A stretch of DNA of 63,998 nt, counting the filler, from Octopus bimaculoides (Eukaryota), in the NCBI RefSeq assembly GCF_001194135.2. It is 6 parts of 6 records of this genome, joined end to end, with 100 filler letters (N's around TTAATTAATTAA, not from the genome) between each part and the next. Parts side by side here need not be neighbours in the genome. Positions count along the whole stretch, not along the records: positions 62,502 to 63,998 come from NW_026406747.1; 5 more parts are not named here. One strand, given 5' to 3'. Position numbers and translations under genes: made by a program. Shown one piece after another: positions 63,609-63,998 of the stretch; positions within the stretch are counted from its first letter, which is position 1, and every line of letters begins with the position of its first letter. The notes under the pieces were generated by a model that did no database searches, was not told where the DNA came from, and saw only the letters and a program-made list of their open reading frames with translations.

Positions 63609-63998
63609 CAAAACGATACTTTCCCCATCAATTATGGATTGCACCGGACGTCTTCATGATCAATGTGAGGTTGCATTCTGAAGCCTTGTGGTCCTATACA
63701 ATAGCTCTGATTGATTTCCTAGATTTTAACAATTATATCTTGAACTTTATGTACAAAGGTGTGTGTTCCTTTGGTGATTAAAACTAGTGCATGCGTTCGA
63801 AGCTTAGCTTTTGCACGACTGGTTATTGAAAAGACCGTTAGTTGAAACGACCAATGAAAGAAATGCATTTTCAAATGTGTATCTATCAACGTAATTGTAC
63901 ATATGTGTATATTTGTGAAAATAACCTTATTTTTGTACCATTGTCAACCAAAAGAGTCGGAAGAACTGGAACGTGAATGTCTTTGCAGCTTTATTAAT

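Larger units (their letters stand above)
1..63998. repeat. Window-wide dense microsatellites and about 25 N gaps
   Basis: (TA)n, (CA)n, (TATG)n, (TAGA)n, (ATT)n, (TAC)n, (CAT)n and (GA)n tracts throughout, for example 8085-8290 (TAGA), 12453-12560 (ATT), 18460-18530 (TAC) and 15580-16200 compound; most gaps are flanked by them. Confidence 0.95.

Overview
This is eukaryotic, gapped draft-assembly DNA, most likely from an octopus or other coleoid cephalopod; that assignment is inferred from the SINE repertoire and microsatellite load. The window is intronic/intergenic in character and dominated by (TA)n, (CA)n, (TATG)n, (TAGA)n and trinucleotide repeats plus many N gaps, so almost all ORFs in the supplied track are microsatellite or gap artefacts. 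Recognisable content includes about 35 copies of at least four tRNA-derived SINE families. It also holds decayed DNA transposons (two mariner relics, a maT/DD37D-type relic folded into a ~1 kb inverted repeat, a Merlin/IS1595-like element, Tigger-like and hAT-like MITEs), Penelope-like (GIY-YIG) and R4/Dong-like retroelement relics, and one diverged 5S rRNA copy. A few candidate spliced exons are present, but their gene could not be identified. The most distinctive features are several long fold-back palindromes and inverted SINE pairs (potential dsRNA), degenerate hammerhead-like motifs in Penelope-derived sequence, and the SINE-5S-SINE arrangement. I found no convincing evidence for a wholly new biological system.
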